NCBI GenBank assembly: GCA_963705505.1
Contig: CAVPJU010000010.1
Coordinates: 768,001 to 832,000 of the forward strand
Source of the DNA: an uncultured bacterium
Lineage (GTDB): Bacteria > Desulfobacterota_D > UBA1144 > Nemesobacterales > UBA2774
Direction: 5' to 3'
DNA: 64,000 nt
Below are positions 49,974 through 60,209 of the stretch, piece by piece; the first letter of the stretch is position 1; each line of letters begins with the position of its first letter. The notes beneath the pieces are model-generated. The model was not told where the DNA came from, made no database searches, and saw only the letters and a list, made by a program, of their open reading frames with translations. Made by a program: the position numbers and the translations under genes.

Positions 49974-51063
49974 CTACGATTTTGTATTTTCGGTCCTTGC
50001 CATCGTTTGCCTGTCCAAACAGTCCTTCAGCGCAAGTTCCGAAATATACCCCATATCGATCAGAATCTGCCCGACTCTTGCCGCCTTGATTTTTTTGACA
50101 TTGTAATGCCTCTTCCAGTTGATCGACCGTGATCACGTTGGCGGCGAGCATTATTTCACCCAGCAAGTAATCATTTTTATTGTTTCTGAACGCCCAATTG
50201 GCGCTTGAATTCACGAATACCTGCAAGTTCAGAAAGTCCTTCAATTTTTGTTCGGTAATATAACCCTTTTCAATCAGAATCTCCCCGACTTTCCCGCCCC
50301 ATTTCTCCTGATGCTTAAGCGCTTCCTCAAGCTGCCCTTCGTTAATAACCCCGGATTCCAGTATGACCTGTCCTATCAGCTTATCTATACGCTTTTCCTT
50401 GCTGTCCCAATGGAGTGTGAACGTATACCATATAGAAGCAAAAATAAGCTTTAAATCGAGCCAGAAGCTCTGATTATAGATATAAATCAAATCATAGCGG
50501 AGCTTGTTCCTGGGATGAGTATTATAATGTCCATGGACCTGGGCAATCCCGGTTAAGCCCGGCTTGACACGGAGCCTGTGATCAAAACCCGGGATCATTT
50601 TCCTGAACTCATTAACCAATTCCGGCCGTTCGGCTCTGGGGCCGACGAAGCTCATGTCGCCCATAAGGATATTGAATAGTTGAGGAAGTTCGTCGAGCTT
50701 CGTTTTTCTGAGGAATTTGCCGACTCTCGTGATCCTGTAATCCTTCTTATAAGCCCAGACAGGACCCGTATTGAGCTCCGCATTCTTGATCATGGAACGA
50801 AACTTGTAAATCTTAAACCTTTTCCCGTTCACACCCAATCTTGTCTGAGAGAAAACTATGGGAACTCCGTCTTCCAGATAAATAGCTACAGCGACCAAAA
50901 TCCAAACAGGCAAAGAAACTATGATACCTATAAGGGAAAACAAAACGTCGAAGGGCCTCTTTAAAATTGGCTCTCTTGTAGGGTAGGAATTATAATCCGT
51001 CAGCGAATACCTTCCGCCCAACTTGTTTATGCCGTTGCCGTAGCTTTTGAACATCTTTTCCAA
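49974..51063 (-). CDS. Priming phosphoglycosyl transferase (Bac_transf, PglC/WcaJ-like) fused to two MshEN-like domains, with a +1 frameshift at ~50076-50079
   Basis: KRPFD, YKFRSM, DELPQL and GDMSFVGPR PGT motifs, then four 24-aa xxGxxLxxxGxIxxxxLxxxLxxQ motifs. The fourth is in the shifted frame, which ends at TAG 49974-49976. The uncorrected ORF runs to 49912. Confidence 0.85.
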
Positions 51064-51541
51064 TTCCGCTCAATTTACAAGTTATTTGTAATCCATTACC
51101 AAACAAAGCGACACTCCCGCAGACAACACCCTGCGGTTCTATCAATATGATACATTTAAATCAAAGCTTCGGTTCAAGAAATTTTATGACCCAATAAAGG
51201 AATTTTATGACCCCATTAACAAATGACAACCTTCATGCCAAACGCTACAGCCATAATAACCCACCGGATTTATTTAATAATAAGTTTATACTAATTACAT
51301 GCTTATACAAGAGTTGTCGGGAGATACAATCCGAAAAGACAATCTTCGTACATAATGTAATATTGACCAATCCGGCCATGTCGATAATATGATCTATTTA
51401 CGCGTACAAGCCTCTATTTTGTTCGACTTCCATAACAAAATTTAAGAAGTACTGTTGGGTTAAATGACATCCATACGCTTTCTAATCAGTTTATTTTGCA
51501 TTATAATTCTTTGAGGTATTATCACCGTCTTTCAATCAATC

Positions 51542-52459
51542 ATGAACCATATCACAAAGAAAGTAAAGAATTACCCGGAGAAAACTGACAAAAAACCCAA
51601 TATGGGTAATCCCGAGCGGGACAATGTCGGTTTTTCGAAAATAGAACCCTTTGCAGTACGCGAGCCCAGCGTAGGGGTTTCATTAAGACTTAGAGAGCTC
51701 CTGGAATATCACGAGCTTATTTATTTCCTTGTTTGGCGGGACCTTAAAGTACGGTACAAGCAAACCGCACTGGGTGTGGCCTGGGTAGCTATTCAACCGT
51801 TAATGACTATGATTGTGTTTACCATATTTTTCGGGAATCTCGCAAAAGTCCCTTCCGACGGACTGCCCTACCCTGTTTTTAGCTTTACGGCCCTATTGCC
51901 GTGGCAGCTCTTTGCTAACGCCTTAAACACCTCAAGCAACAGCCTTGTCAATAACCGCGACTTAATAACTAAACTCTATTTCCCCCGGTTAATTATTCCG
52001 TTGGCGTCGATAATAGCGGGATTTGTAGATTTTTGTATCGCATTCCTGGTGCTTATAGCCATGATAATCTATTATGGAATAGTCCCGACATCAGCCGTTT
52101 TTACGCTTCCCTTATTCATACTGTTGACAATCGCGACGTCAACAGCCGTAAGCCTTTGGCTTTCGGCGCTAAATGTAGAATATAGGGACGTACGTTACAC
52201 AATTCCTTTCCTGACCCAATTCTGGCTCTTCCTCACGCCTATCGCCTATCCAAGCAATTTAGTGCCCGAGAAATGGCGTATCCTATACGGATTAAACCCG
52301 ATGGCGGGCGTTGTCGAGGGTTTCAGGTGGGCTTTACTCGGAAAAACAAACGTTAGCTGGACCATAATTACGGTATCAGTGCTTATAGTTATAATTCTGC
52401 TTGTCGGCGGTTTGGTTTACTTCAGACGCATGGAAAGAACATTCGCGGATATAGTTTAA
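51542..52459 (+). CDS. wzm: ABC-2 polysaccharide exporter permease
   Basis: WRDLKVRYKQT.LG..W..IQPL, KLYFPR, YRDVRY and LNPMAGVVEGFR motifs. Confidence 0.92.
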   Translation: MNHITKKVKNYPEKTDKKPNMGNPERDNVGFSKIEPFAVREPSVGVSLRLRELLEYHELIYFLVWRDLKVRYKQTALGVAWVAIQPLMTMIVFTIFFGNLAKVPSDGLPYPVFSFTALLPWQLFANALNTSSNSLVNNRDLITKLYFPRLIIPLASIIAGFVDFCIAFLVLIAMIIYYGIVPTSAVFTLPLFILLTIATSTAVSLWLSALNVEYRDVRYTIPFLTQFWLFLTPIAYPSNLVPEKWRILYGLNPMAGVVEGFRWALLGKTNVSWTIITVSVLIVIILLVGGLVYFRRMERTFADIV

Positions 52460-52460
52460 T

Positions 52461-53825
52461 ATGAACGGAATCGCAATAAAAGTCAGAGATATAGGAAAAG
52501 AATACAGGATAGGGGAGAGAAATGAATTCAGGACTATCCGGGACAGTATTTCAACCTTCGCCACAAAAATTTTCAAAAGACTAATTTCCGGTATTGACGG
52601 AAAATCCGTAAGGAAAAATAATTCCGCGGGTATCGGAGCTCCGCCTTCCGGTGGAAATTATCAATCCGACGTGTCGCAGATCCCGGGTACAACTGACAAG
52701 ATAAATGATGAAAGAACCGATAATTACATATGGTCACTCAGGAAGGTGTCTTTCGATGTCCGAAACGGGGAAATCGTCGGAATAATCGGCCGCAATGGCG
52801 CGGGAAAGAGCACGCTGCTGAAAATTATAGCGGGTATAACCGAACCTACGGAAGGAAGGATAGATATATACGGCAGAATCGCTTCGCTGCTTGAAGTCGG
52901 AACAGGATTTCACCTCGAGCTAACGGGGAGAGAAAATATCTATTTAAACGGGGCGCTGCTTGGAATGAAAAAACGGGAAATAGACCGTAAATTCGATGAG
53001 ATAGTAGAGTTCTCGGAAGTTCATCAGTTTATCGACACGCCCGTTAAATTTTACTCCTCGGGCATGCGGGTGCGTCTGGGTTTCTCCGTGGCAGCACACC
53101 TCGAGCCCGAGATTCTGCTAATTGACGAAGCTCTTGCGGTAGGAGACGCAGCGTTCCAGAAAAAGTGTTTGGGCAAGCTGAACAATGTAGCTACCTCGGA
53201 AGGAAGGACCGTTATATTCGTCAGCCACGACATGGCGGCCATCCTGTCATTATGCCAGAGATCTATTCTATTGGACAGCGGACGAATGATCGCCGAAGGC
53301 ACCACTCATGAAGTAGTACAGCAGTACATGCAATCAATGAGTTCAACCTATGAAATCCCGCTTGACCAGAGAATGGATCGGACGGGAGACGGCAGTATCC
53401 TCGTTACATCACTTCAAATAGAGAATTCCGAGGGCAGAATACCTATTACACCGAGCTGTAAACTAAAAATCAAAATCGGTTATCGAAGCGAAAACCAAGT
53501 TCGCTTCCCTCAGTTCGTAGTTAATATTAAAGACTTTAGAACACACACGACTATACTCCGCCTGGATAGCGAAATGCTAAATGGTCTGCCTGAAACTCTT
53601 CCTTCCGCGGGAAGTGTGTCGTGCGTGACTGACAAAATATACCTGTCACCGGGACGATGCTACGTGGATGTCGGTATCAGAAAAGGGAAATCAACCGCCG
53701 ATTACATTGAACATGCGGGATACTTCGATATCGAGACAGAAGACCTATACGGATCCGGAAAGATACCGTCACGTGACCAGGCTATATACCTCCTAAAATA
53801 CAGATGGCTGGTTGAAAATGTTTAA
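52461..53825 (+). CDS. wzt: ABC polysaccharide exporter ATPase with C-terminal Wzt-C carbohydrate-binding domain
   Basis: GRNGAGKST, YSSGM.VRL.F and DEALAVGD..FQ.KC motifs, plus a beta-rich C-terminal extension (..LSPGRCYV..). Confidence 0.93.
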   Translation: MNGIAIKVRDIGKEYRIGERNEFRTIRDSISTFATKIFKRLISGIDGKSVRKNNSAGIGAPPSGGNYQSDVSQIPGTTDKINDERTDNYIWSLRKVSFDVRNGEIVGIIGRNGAGKSTLLKIIAGITEPTEGRIDIYGRIASLLEVGTGFHLELTGRENIYLNGALLGMKKREIDRKFDEIVEFSEVHQFIDTPVKFYSSGMRVRLGFSVAAHLEPEILLIDEALAVGDAAFQKKCLGKLNNVATSEGRTVIFVSHDMAAILSLCQRSILLDSGRMIAEGTTHEVVQQYMQSMSSTYEIPLDQRMDRTGDGSILVTSLQIENSEGRIPITPSCKLKIKIGYRSENQVRFPQFVVNIKDFRTHTTILRLDSEMLNGLPETLPSAGSVSCVTDKIYLSPGRCYVDVGIRKGKSTADYIEHAGYFDIETEDLYGSGKIPSRDQAIYLLKYRWLVENV

Positions 53826-53980
53826 ATGATACCATTTAACAAGCGATTGATTGACGTTAACTAGTTGCAACCATTAAAATAAGTCTAAACATACGAGGTG
53901 AATTTAATAAAGGGTATTTACACACTTTTTAAATTATTATAGATTTGCTTTAGCCAAATCAAAAAGTGAGGCATAAGAAT

Positions 53981-54724
53981 ATGAAGCGTGATCAGGTGTT
54001 TATTGAACAAAAGGGAAACATCAATGATTTTGAGTTCAATGACCAGGTGGTGGAAGTCTTCGATGATATGGTAAACCGGAGCGTTCCATTCTATTCGGAG
54101 CAGCAAAGGATGATAAATGAAATCGGGAAAGTTTTTTCAACCAGCGGCACAAATATATATGATCTAGGGTGCGCTACAGCTACCACTCTCATTAATCTTT
54201 GTCAAGACTCCGACCCGTCGATCCGCCTGATAGGATTTGACAATTCCAAGCCAATGATTGAGAGGGCTCAACAGAAAATATCAGAGCATGGATATGAGAA
54301 TCGAATCGAAGTGCGTTATGGTGACTTCAATGGAGATCTCGACTCTATCGATTTGAATAACGCCAGTCTGGTATTGATGTGCTGGACTCTGCAATTTGTG
54401 CGTCCTTTAAGAAGAGACAAACTCATTAAAAAAATTTACGATTCACTCAGTAAAGGCGGTGCGTTGCTGATTACTGAAAAAATACTCACAAACCACTCAC
54501 TCCTAAATCGCTATTTTATAAAATATTATTATGATTATAAGACGCGAAAAGGATATTCAACAGAAGAAATTGTAAATAAGAGGGAGGCACTGGAAAACAT
54601 TTTGGTCCCGTATAGAGTTGAAGAAAATTTCGAATTGTTGAGGCGGAATGGATTCGAAACCGTAGATACTTTTTTTCAATGGTACAATTTTGCCGGATTT
54701 ATTTGCATTAAAGACCCGGGTTAG
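53981..54724 (+). CDS. cmoA: Carboxy-S-adenosyl-L-methionine synthase CmoA homolog
   Basis: RDQVF...DFEFNDQVVEVFDDMVNRSVPFY, YDLGC, DNSKPM, NAS...TLQF, EK, KGYS.EEI..KREALEN and FFQWYNF match the CmoA pattern as I recall it along the whole length. Confidence 0.88.
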   Translation: MKRDQVFIEQKGNINDFEFNDQVVEVFDDMVNRSVPFYSEQQRMINEIGKVFSTSGTNIYDLGCATATTLINLCQDSDPSIRLIGFDNSKPMIERAQQKISEHGYENRIEVRYGDFNGDLDSIDLNNASLVLMCWTLQFVRPLRRDKLIKKIYDSLSKGGALLITEKILTNHSLLNRYFIKYYYDYKTRKGYSTEEIVNKREALENILVPYRVEENFELLRRNGFETVDTFFQWYNFAGFICIKDPG

Positions 54725-54744
54725 TCATTTAAATCTACTTACCA

Positions 54745-55503
54745 ATGATTAACGAAAAACCTTTTAATTTGATTACTGGCAATATGAACATTCATACATT
54801 AATAAAGCGAATAGCCATATATATAAGTGGTTTGATTTGTTACAGATGGGATAGATACTACAAATTACCGAGAAGTCTAAATCCTATAAGTCATAAATTC
54901 GGCTTTGACAGAGGATTGCCCATCGACCGCTATTATACTGAAAAATTTATACGCGCAAACGCCAATGATATACATGGCCGTGTTCTTGAAATTGGAGACG
55001 ACTACTACACTAAAAAGTTCGGAACCGATCTTATTACCAAAAGCGATGTATTGCATGTCGTCGATGGTAATCCTCAGGCAACGATCATCGCTGATTTGAC
55101 TAAGGCTGATAATATTCCTTCCGATACCTTTGACTGTATAATATTCACTCAAACCCTTCAAATGATTTATGATACGCACTCCGCTTTAAAAAACCTCCAC
55201 CGAATATTGAAACCCGGGGGCGTATTGCTAGTTACTACTCACGGAATATGCAAAGTGGGGAGATGGGAGGGTGAGGACGACTGGGGTAAATACTGGCATT
55301 TCACTTCTCAAGCAATAAAAAAGATGTTTGATACACACTTCATGACCGGGAACTATAAAATCGAGGTATATGGAAACGTACTCTCCGCGATCTCTTATCT
55401 GCACGGACTCTCGTCAAATGAACTAACAATAAATGAGTTAGATTATTCGGATCGTGAGTATGAGGTTTTAATTGCCGTAAGAGCAGTAAAACCTGCCGTA
55501 TAA
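54745..55503 (+). CDS. Class I SAM-dependent methyltransferase of the type found in glycan loci
   Basis: FGFDRGLPIDRYY, GRVLEIGD, FDCIIFTQTL, RILKPGGVLL, YWHFT and YGNV motifs. Confidence 0.85.
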   Translation: MINEKPFNLITGNMNIHTLIKRIAIYISGLICYRWDRYYKLPRSLNPISHKFGFDRGLPIDRYYTEKFIRANANDIHGRVLEIGDDYYTKKFGTDLITKSDVLHVVDGNPQATIIADLTKADNIPSDTFDCIIFTQTLQMIYDTHSALKNLHRILKPGGVLLVTTHGICKVGRWEGEDDWGKYWHFTSQAIKKMFDTHFMTGNYKIEVYGNVLSAISYLHGLSSNELTINELDYSDREYEVLIAVRAVKPAV

Positions 55504-55818
55504 ATCAATATTAATAATACGATCGAGTAAAAAATGTTAAAACTAAATAACAAGCATCCGATCACACTTCAAAGGAATCATGATAAATTTTCAAAGAAAA
55601 CTTTTAGAAAGAAATAAATCGCTATTTCGGAGTTAGATTCAGGAATATCTAGACTAATCTCGCTCCAATGCGATTCTTTAAAGGAGTAATAGCAGATAAT
55701 CCCAAATAATATAGAGTTGTAGCCGCTCCGGCCCGAACTATGTAATGTTCGATACTGTGTTATTTTTTTAGCTGGTGTAATATTTATATTCAGACTGTTA
55801 GGAGACATGTAAATACAA

Positions 55819-56631
55819 ATGAGGCGGAATCCGGATTTTTCCATACCCATTTTAATGTATCATCAGGTAAGCGACGATCCTCATCCAAATTTTCTGAAAT
55901 TTACTGTGACGACAAAGGGTTTTGAATCACAGATGAAGACCCTGAAACTCCTCGGCTATAAACCCATAGATTTCAGCCAACTAGCAAGATATAAGGAAGG
56001 AAAGGACCGACTGCCAAAAAGACCCGTCATAATCACATTTGACGACGGGTTTCAGGAAGCGGTGGATAATGCTGTTCCAATATTAAATTCTTGCGGATTC
56101 ACTGCGGTGTTTTATATCACAACCGATTATATCGGGAAAAAAAGCGGCTGGATGATTCCTGAAACATCAATCGAATTCCAGGTTATAGATTGGCCCACCG
56201 TAATTCATTTGGATTCACGCGGATATGAAGTCGGAGCTCACAGTATGACGCATCCTCATATGGATGCCATATCGTTGGAAGCCTGCTCAAAAGAGCTCCG
56301 CGGATCGAAAGAGGCTATTGAAGAAGTTTTGGGCCACGAAGTACGGCACATGGCATACCCTCACGGCTCGTTTAACGACGATGTTTTGAAATTAGCGCAC
56401 GAAACAGGCTATCAAACGTCCTGTTCATGCGAAATCGCCATTGCGCATTCCGGGAATGACCTTCTGGCCCTGCCGAGAGTCAATATCGAGGCCAGTGACT
56501 CCTTGATCGATTTTATATTCAAGCTGCACAAGGCCAGAACACCTGACGAAATTATGCTGATCACGATGAATAGCGTGAAAAGCAAGATCCCGGGAAGATT
56601 GAGGAGATTTATTAAAAAATTTGTTAATTGA
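55819..56631 (+). CDS. Polysaccharide deacetylase (CE4/NodB)
   Basis: PILMYHQV, ITFDDG, GAHSMTH and AYPHG motifs. Confidence 0.92.
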   Translation: MRRNPDFSIPILMYHQVSDDPHPNFLKFTVTTKGFESQMKTLKLLGYKPIDFSQLARYKEGKDRLPKRPVIITFDDGFQEAVDNAVPILNSCGFTAVFYITTDYIGKKSGWMIPETSIEFQVIDWPTVIHLDSRGYEVGAHSMTHPHMDAISLEACSKELRGSKEAIEEVLGHEVRHMAYPHGSFNDDVLKLAHETGYQTSCSCEIAIAHSGNDLLALPRVNIEASDSLIDFIFKLHKARTPDEIMLITMNSVKSKIPGRLRRFIKKFVN

Positions 56632-56657
56632 GGCCGTACGGTAACGACAATATTATT

Positions 56658-57668
56658 ATGATCAAAGTGAGTGTAATAATACCCACATACCAAAGAAAAC
56701 AATCCGTATTACGTCTTCTCGATGCACTTAGTTCGCAAACTTTTCCGTCAAACGAATTCGAGGTCATAATTTCGATCGACGGTTCGACAGACGGTACGAA
56801 GGAAGCGGTCGATAATTACAAAACTCCTTTCGAACTAGGGTCTATTTGGGAAAGTAACGCAGGTAAATCGTCTGCATGCAATAAGGGAATTAAAGACGCC
56901 CGGGGAGAATTGTTAATCATATTGGATGACGACATGGAGCCGTCTCCCGGACTAGTGCAAGCTCATTATACCGCACATCAGGGCCATACGAAAACCGGTG
57001 TAATAGGGGCCGCCCCTATAATAGTAGAAGAAAATTCACCGCTTGTTGTCCGTTATATCGCCGATAAGTTCAATTCTCATATAAAAAAAATATCAGAACC
57101 GGGTTTTAACCTAAGGATTTGGGACTTTTACGGCGGGAATTTCTCTATAAGAAGAAAGCTCATGCTGGACGTCGGTCTATTTGACGAAAACTTTAAAGTT
57201 TACGGGTACGAGGACGTCGAGCTCGTAAACCGGCTGCTAAAGGCGGGTGTAAAAATAATATTCAGCCCGGATGCTTTATGCGTTCAGCATTATGAGGATG
57301 ATCTCAAAGGCCAGGGGTACAAAACAATCAATTCGGGGAACAATGCTGTTCAACTAGTCAGTTCTCAACCGGAGACATTTACTGAACTCAAGCTCACCGA
57401 ATATAACTTAACGGGATGGAAGTGGCGCTCACTTCGTCTAACTTTAATATGGTTCAGTATCTTGATCCCCGTTACTACGGACATAGTAATCTCTTTAATT
57501 AACCTGTTTGAGAAATCAAACCCGAAGATGCATAGGAGGCTTTATTCCTTAGCCATGGATTACTTCTTTTGGCTCGGGGTGTGGACAGCTTTGAGACGTG
57601 ATAAAAACAAGCAACTCCGCTCCAAAATAAAATCCTTCAAGAAACCCCAAAAATGTCCAACACCGTAG
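56658..57668 (+). CDS. Glycosyltransferase family 2
   Basis: VSVIIPTYQR, DGSTD, LDDD and GLFDENF..YG.ED motifs. Confidence 0.92.
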   Translation: MIKVSVIIPTYQRKQSVLRLLDALSSQTFPSNEFEVIISIDGSTDGTKEAVDNYKTPFELGSIWESNAGKSSACNKGIKDARGELLIILDDDMEPSPGLVQAHYTAHQGHTKTGVIGAAPIIVEENSPLVVRYIADKFNSHIKKISEPGFNLRIWDFYGGNFSIRRKLMLDVGLFDENFKVYGYEDVELVNRLLKAGVKIIFSPDALCVQHYEDDLKGQGYKTINSGNNAVQLVSSQPETFTELKLTEYNLTGWKWRSLRLTLIWFSILIPVTTDIVISLINLFEKSNPKMHRRLYSLAMDYFFWLGVWTALRRDKNKQLRSKIKSFKKPQKCPTP

Positions 57669-58789
57669 TTTACTATATAGACAGCAATAATTTCGGCGGC
57701 GCGGAACAGGTGTTACTCAACCTCGTGAGTAAACTCGACCGAAATTCGTGGCGCCCGATCCTCGCATATCACCAGAGCCCCGGCATTTCCTCGTTTGTAG
57801 CAGCCGTAGAAAACCTGGACGTGGATACCATTTCTATGCCTGAGATTCGGAGCTATAAAGATATCAGGAACATTCTACAATTCGCAAAGAAACTGAAAAC
57901 CATACGTCCCGCTATCTTTCATGCAAATCTAAGCTGGCCGCTTTCATGTTCTTATGGCATTATCGCCGCATACCTGGCCGGGGTTAAGACTATTTTAGCC
58001 ACCCAGCACCTCTATTCGGATATGAACTCTCGACGGAGCCAACTAGAACAAAAGCTAATATCCTATTTCGTGGACAACTATATTGCGGTATCATTCGATG
58101 TAGCCAGACAGCTCAAAGAAATAATCACTTCCGAAAATAAAGTAAAAGTTGTGCACAACGGAATCATATTGGGAAATTACAGTCACGTAGCAAATAACAC
58201 ACCCGATAGCGACGTTTACAGCTCCGTGAAGATGAATAGAAATAATTTTCCGATCGTGCTTACCGTAGCACGTCTCGACAAGCAAAAGGGGCACACCTAT
58301 TTACTTCAAGCCGCGAGTGATATCCCGGGGACGCTTTTTGTATTCGCCGGGGACGGTCCCGAGAGGGCGAATCTCGAAAATGAGGCGCGTGAGCTGAGTT
58401 TGACGGACAGAGTCATTTTTTTAGGAAATAGGAACGACATCCCTGCATTGCTGCGCGGATGCGATTTGTTTGTACTCCCGTCTCTCTTCGAGGGATTGCC
58501 CCTTTCCATTATTGAAGCCATGGCGGCAGGCAAACCTGTCATAGCCTCCGATATCAGGGGAGTAGACGAACTGGTAATAAATGGCAAAACAGGATACCTG
58601 GCGCCCCCGGGAGACCCTACTGCTTTAGCGGCCGCGATAAAAACCATCGTGTCGAATCCCCAATTGTCTCAAAAAATCGCATCAGCGGGAAAAACCATGG
58701 TATTCAGTGAATTCTCCGCCGATCAAATGTTAAAAGGCATAACTGAAATATACAATGACAATCTATCCCGCAGAGGATTAATAAATTAA
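57653..58789 (+). CDS. Glycosyltransferase family 4
   Basis: GGAE, VARL..QKG and PS..EGLP.SIIEAMA motifs. Confidence 0.93.
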   Translation: MSNTVVYYIDSNNFGGAEQVLLNLVSKLDRNSWRPILAYHQSPGISSFVAAVENLDVDTISMPEIRSYKDIRNILQFAKKLKTIRPAIFHANLSWPLSCSYGIIAAYLAGVKTILATQHLYSDMNSRRSQLEQKLISYFVDNYIAVSFDVARQLKEIITSENKVKVVHNGIILGNYSHVANNTPDSDVYSSVKMNRNNFPIVLTVARLDKQKGHTYLLQAASDIPGTLFVFAGDGPERANLENEARELSLTDRVIFLGNRNDIPALLRGCDLFVLPSLFEGLPLSIIEAMAAGKPVIASDIRGVDELVINGKTGYLAPPGDPTALAAAIKTIVSNPQLSQKIASAGKTMVFSEFSADQMLKGITEIYNDNLSRRGLIN

Positions 58790-58941
58790 GCAAATGGGAA
58801 ATCACAGAATTACCGAAGAGCCCATTAATATCATCATAAGCTCGGGCTCACCCTGCTTCGTCGATCGATTGGAGCAGGGCAAATCAAACCTTTTTCTTAC
58901 AGTTCTTCGTATGAAATACGAATAAGGGATTGGCGATAACA

Positions 58942-60183
58942 ATGCGCATCCTCTTTATCTCAAGCTACTTCCCCGACGACATACGTACAAAGGCTCACGG
59001 CGTCTATAAGCGGATGGGGATGTTTATAGAGGCTATAAAAGAAATAGCCTCACTGGATATGCTCTTTTATACACGTCAGGATACGCATTACTCGCCCATA
59101 CAGACGTCCGAGACGGAACGTTCGTTAAGCGAACACTGGAAAACGGATATCAGGCTGTCACTCTCGCCCATGGCGGAATACAGGAATCGAACCAAATCCG
59201 AAAAACTGACGTCCTTCGGAAAAGGCATCTTCAGTATTTTCAATCAGCATGGTTACTACGAGCTTAGCGGAGCTGAGCAGGTGCGGGCCCTTGAAGAGTG
59301 CCTCGACAGAAGGCCTGATGCGATCTTCGCACACCGGCTGCCCTCGATGTGCCCTCTGCTGCTCACGAGGAAACCCCTCCCTCCGATTTTTTTCGACTTC
59401 GACGATATTGAGCATATAGTACAGTTAAGACACATCAAACAACTAAAAAGACTCCGGTCAAAGCTCTTATATCTGCTCATTCCTGCTCTGCGTTCGGGTG
59501 AAATGGATGCAGTAAGATTAGCCACAGAGACATACGTTTGCTCCGAAAAAGACCGCGCATACCTGGAAAATAAGTTCAACCAGTCCCGTGTAATTACAGT
59601 CCCGAATACGGTATCGATTCCGGCGTTACAGCCCCCCGCAAATGAAAAGACTCTACTTTTCATCGGTTCTTATTATACGGCCAATCTGCACGCCATAGAT
59701 TTTCTCGTTAAAAAGATCTGGCCTTACGTACATCGGGAAGTCCCGGACGCAAAGCTGATTATTGCCGGAATACCCGCTGATAAGCTCGACATAGATGTCT
59801 CCGGAGCACCGGATATAGAAATCACCGGATTCGTGGACGACCTGGACGGGCTCTACGGAAGATCCCGCATTATTACCACTCCAATATTCGTCGGAGGCGG
59901 CACGCGGATAAAGATCATCGAAGCCGCGGCTTACGGGAAGCCGGTAGTATCTAGCACGATAGGAATGGAAGGGATCGATTTGTCCCCCGGAACAGAAATT
60001 CTGATACATGACAATCCGAAAGAATTTGCAGAAGAGTGTGTAAAATTGCTTCGAGACCCCGAATTGTGTAAGGAAATAGGATCGGCGGCAAGGTCAAAAG
60101 CCAGACTCCTCTATGACAGCAACTCAGTCCTCAAGTTAGTCAGAGACCGTATAATGCATAACATGAAAATATCTGCATCATAA
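58942..60183 (+). CDS. Glycosyltransferase family 4
   Basis: GGGTRIKIIEAAAYGKPVVS.TIG.EG motif. Confidence 0.9.
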   Translation: MRILFISSYFPDDIRTKAHGVYKRMGMFIEAIKEIASLDMLFYTRQDTHYSPIQTSETERSLSEHWKTDIRLSLSPMAEYRNRTKSEKLTSFGKGIFSIFNQHGYYELSGAEQVRALEECLDRRPDAIFAHRLPSMCPLLLTRKPLPPIFFDFDDIEHIVQLRHIKQLKRLRSKLLYLLIPALRSGEMDAVRLATETYVCSEKDRAYLENKFNQSRVITVPNTVSIPALQPPANEKTLLFIGSYYTANLHAIDFLVKKIWPYVHREVPDAKLIIAGIPADKLDIDVSGAPDIEITGFVDDLDGLYGRSRIITTPIFVGGGTRIKIIEAAAYGKPVVSSTIGMEGIDLSPGTEILIHDNPKEFAEECVKLLRDPELCKEIGSAARSKARLLYDSNSVLKLVRDRIMHNMKISAS

Positions 60184-60209
60184 AACATCATTCCGATGTA
60201 TAATTTTAA

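Noticed and set aside
49912..50076. ORF-track C-terminus SRADSDRYGVYFG...NESF of the sugar transferase
   Set aside because: Out-of-frame read-through. The alternative frame restores a regular fourth MshEN-like motif.
55504..55818. Possible gene or pseudogene in the spacer before the deacetylase
   Set aside because: Only short AT-rich ORFs with no recognisable similarity.
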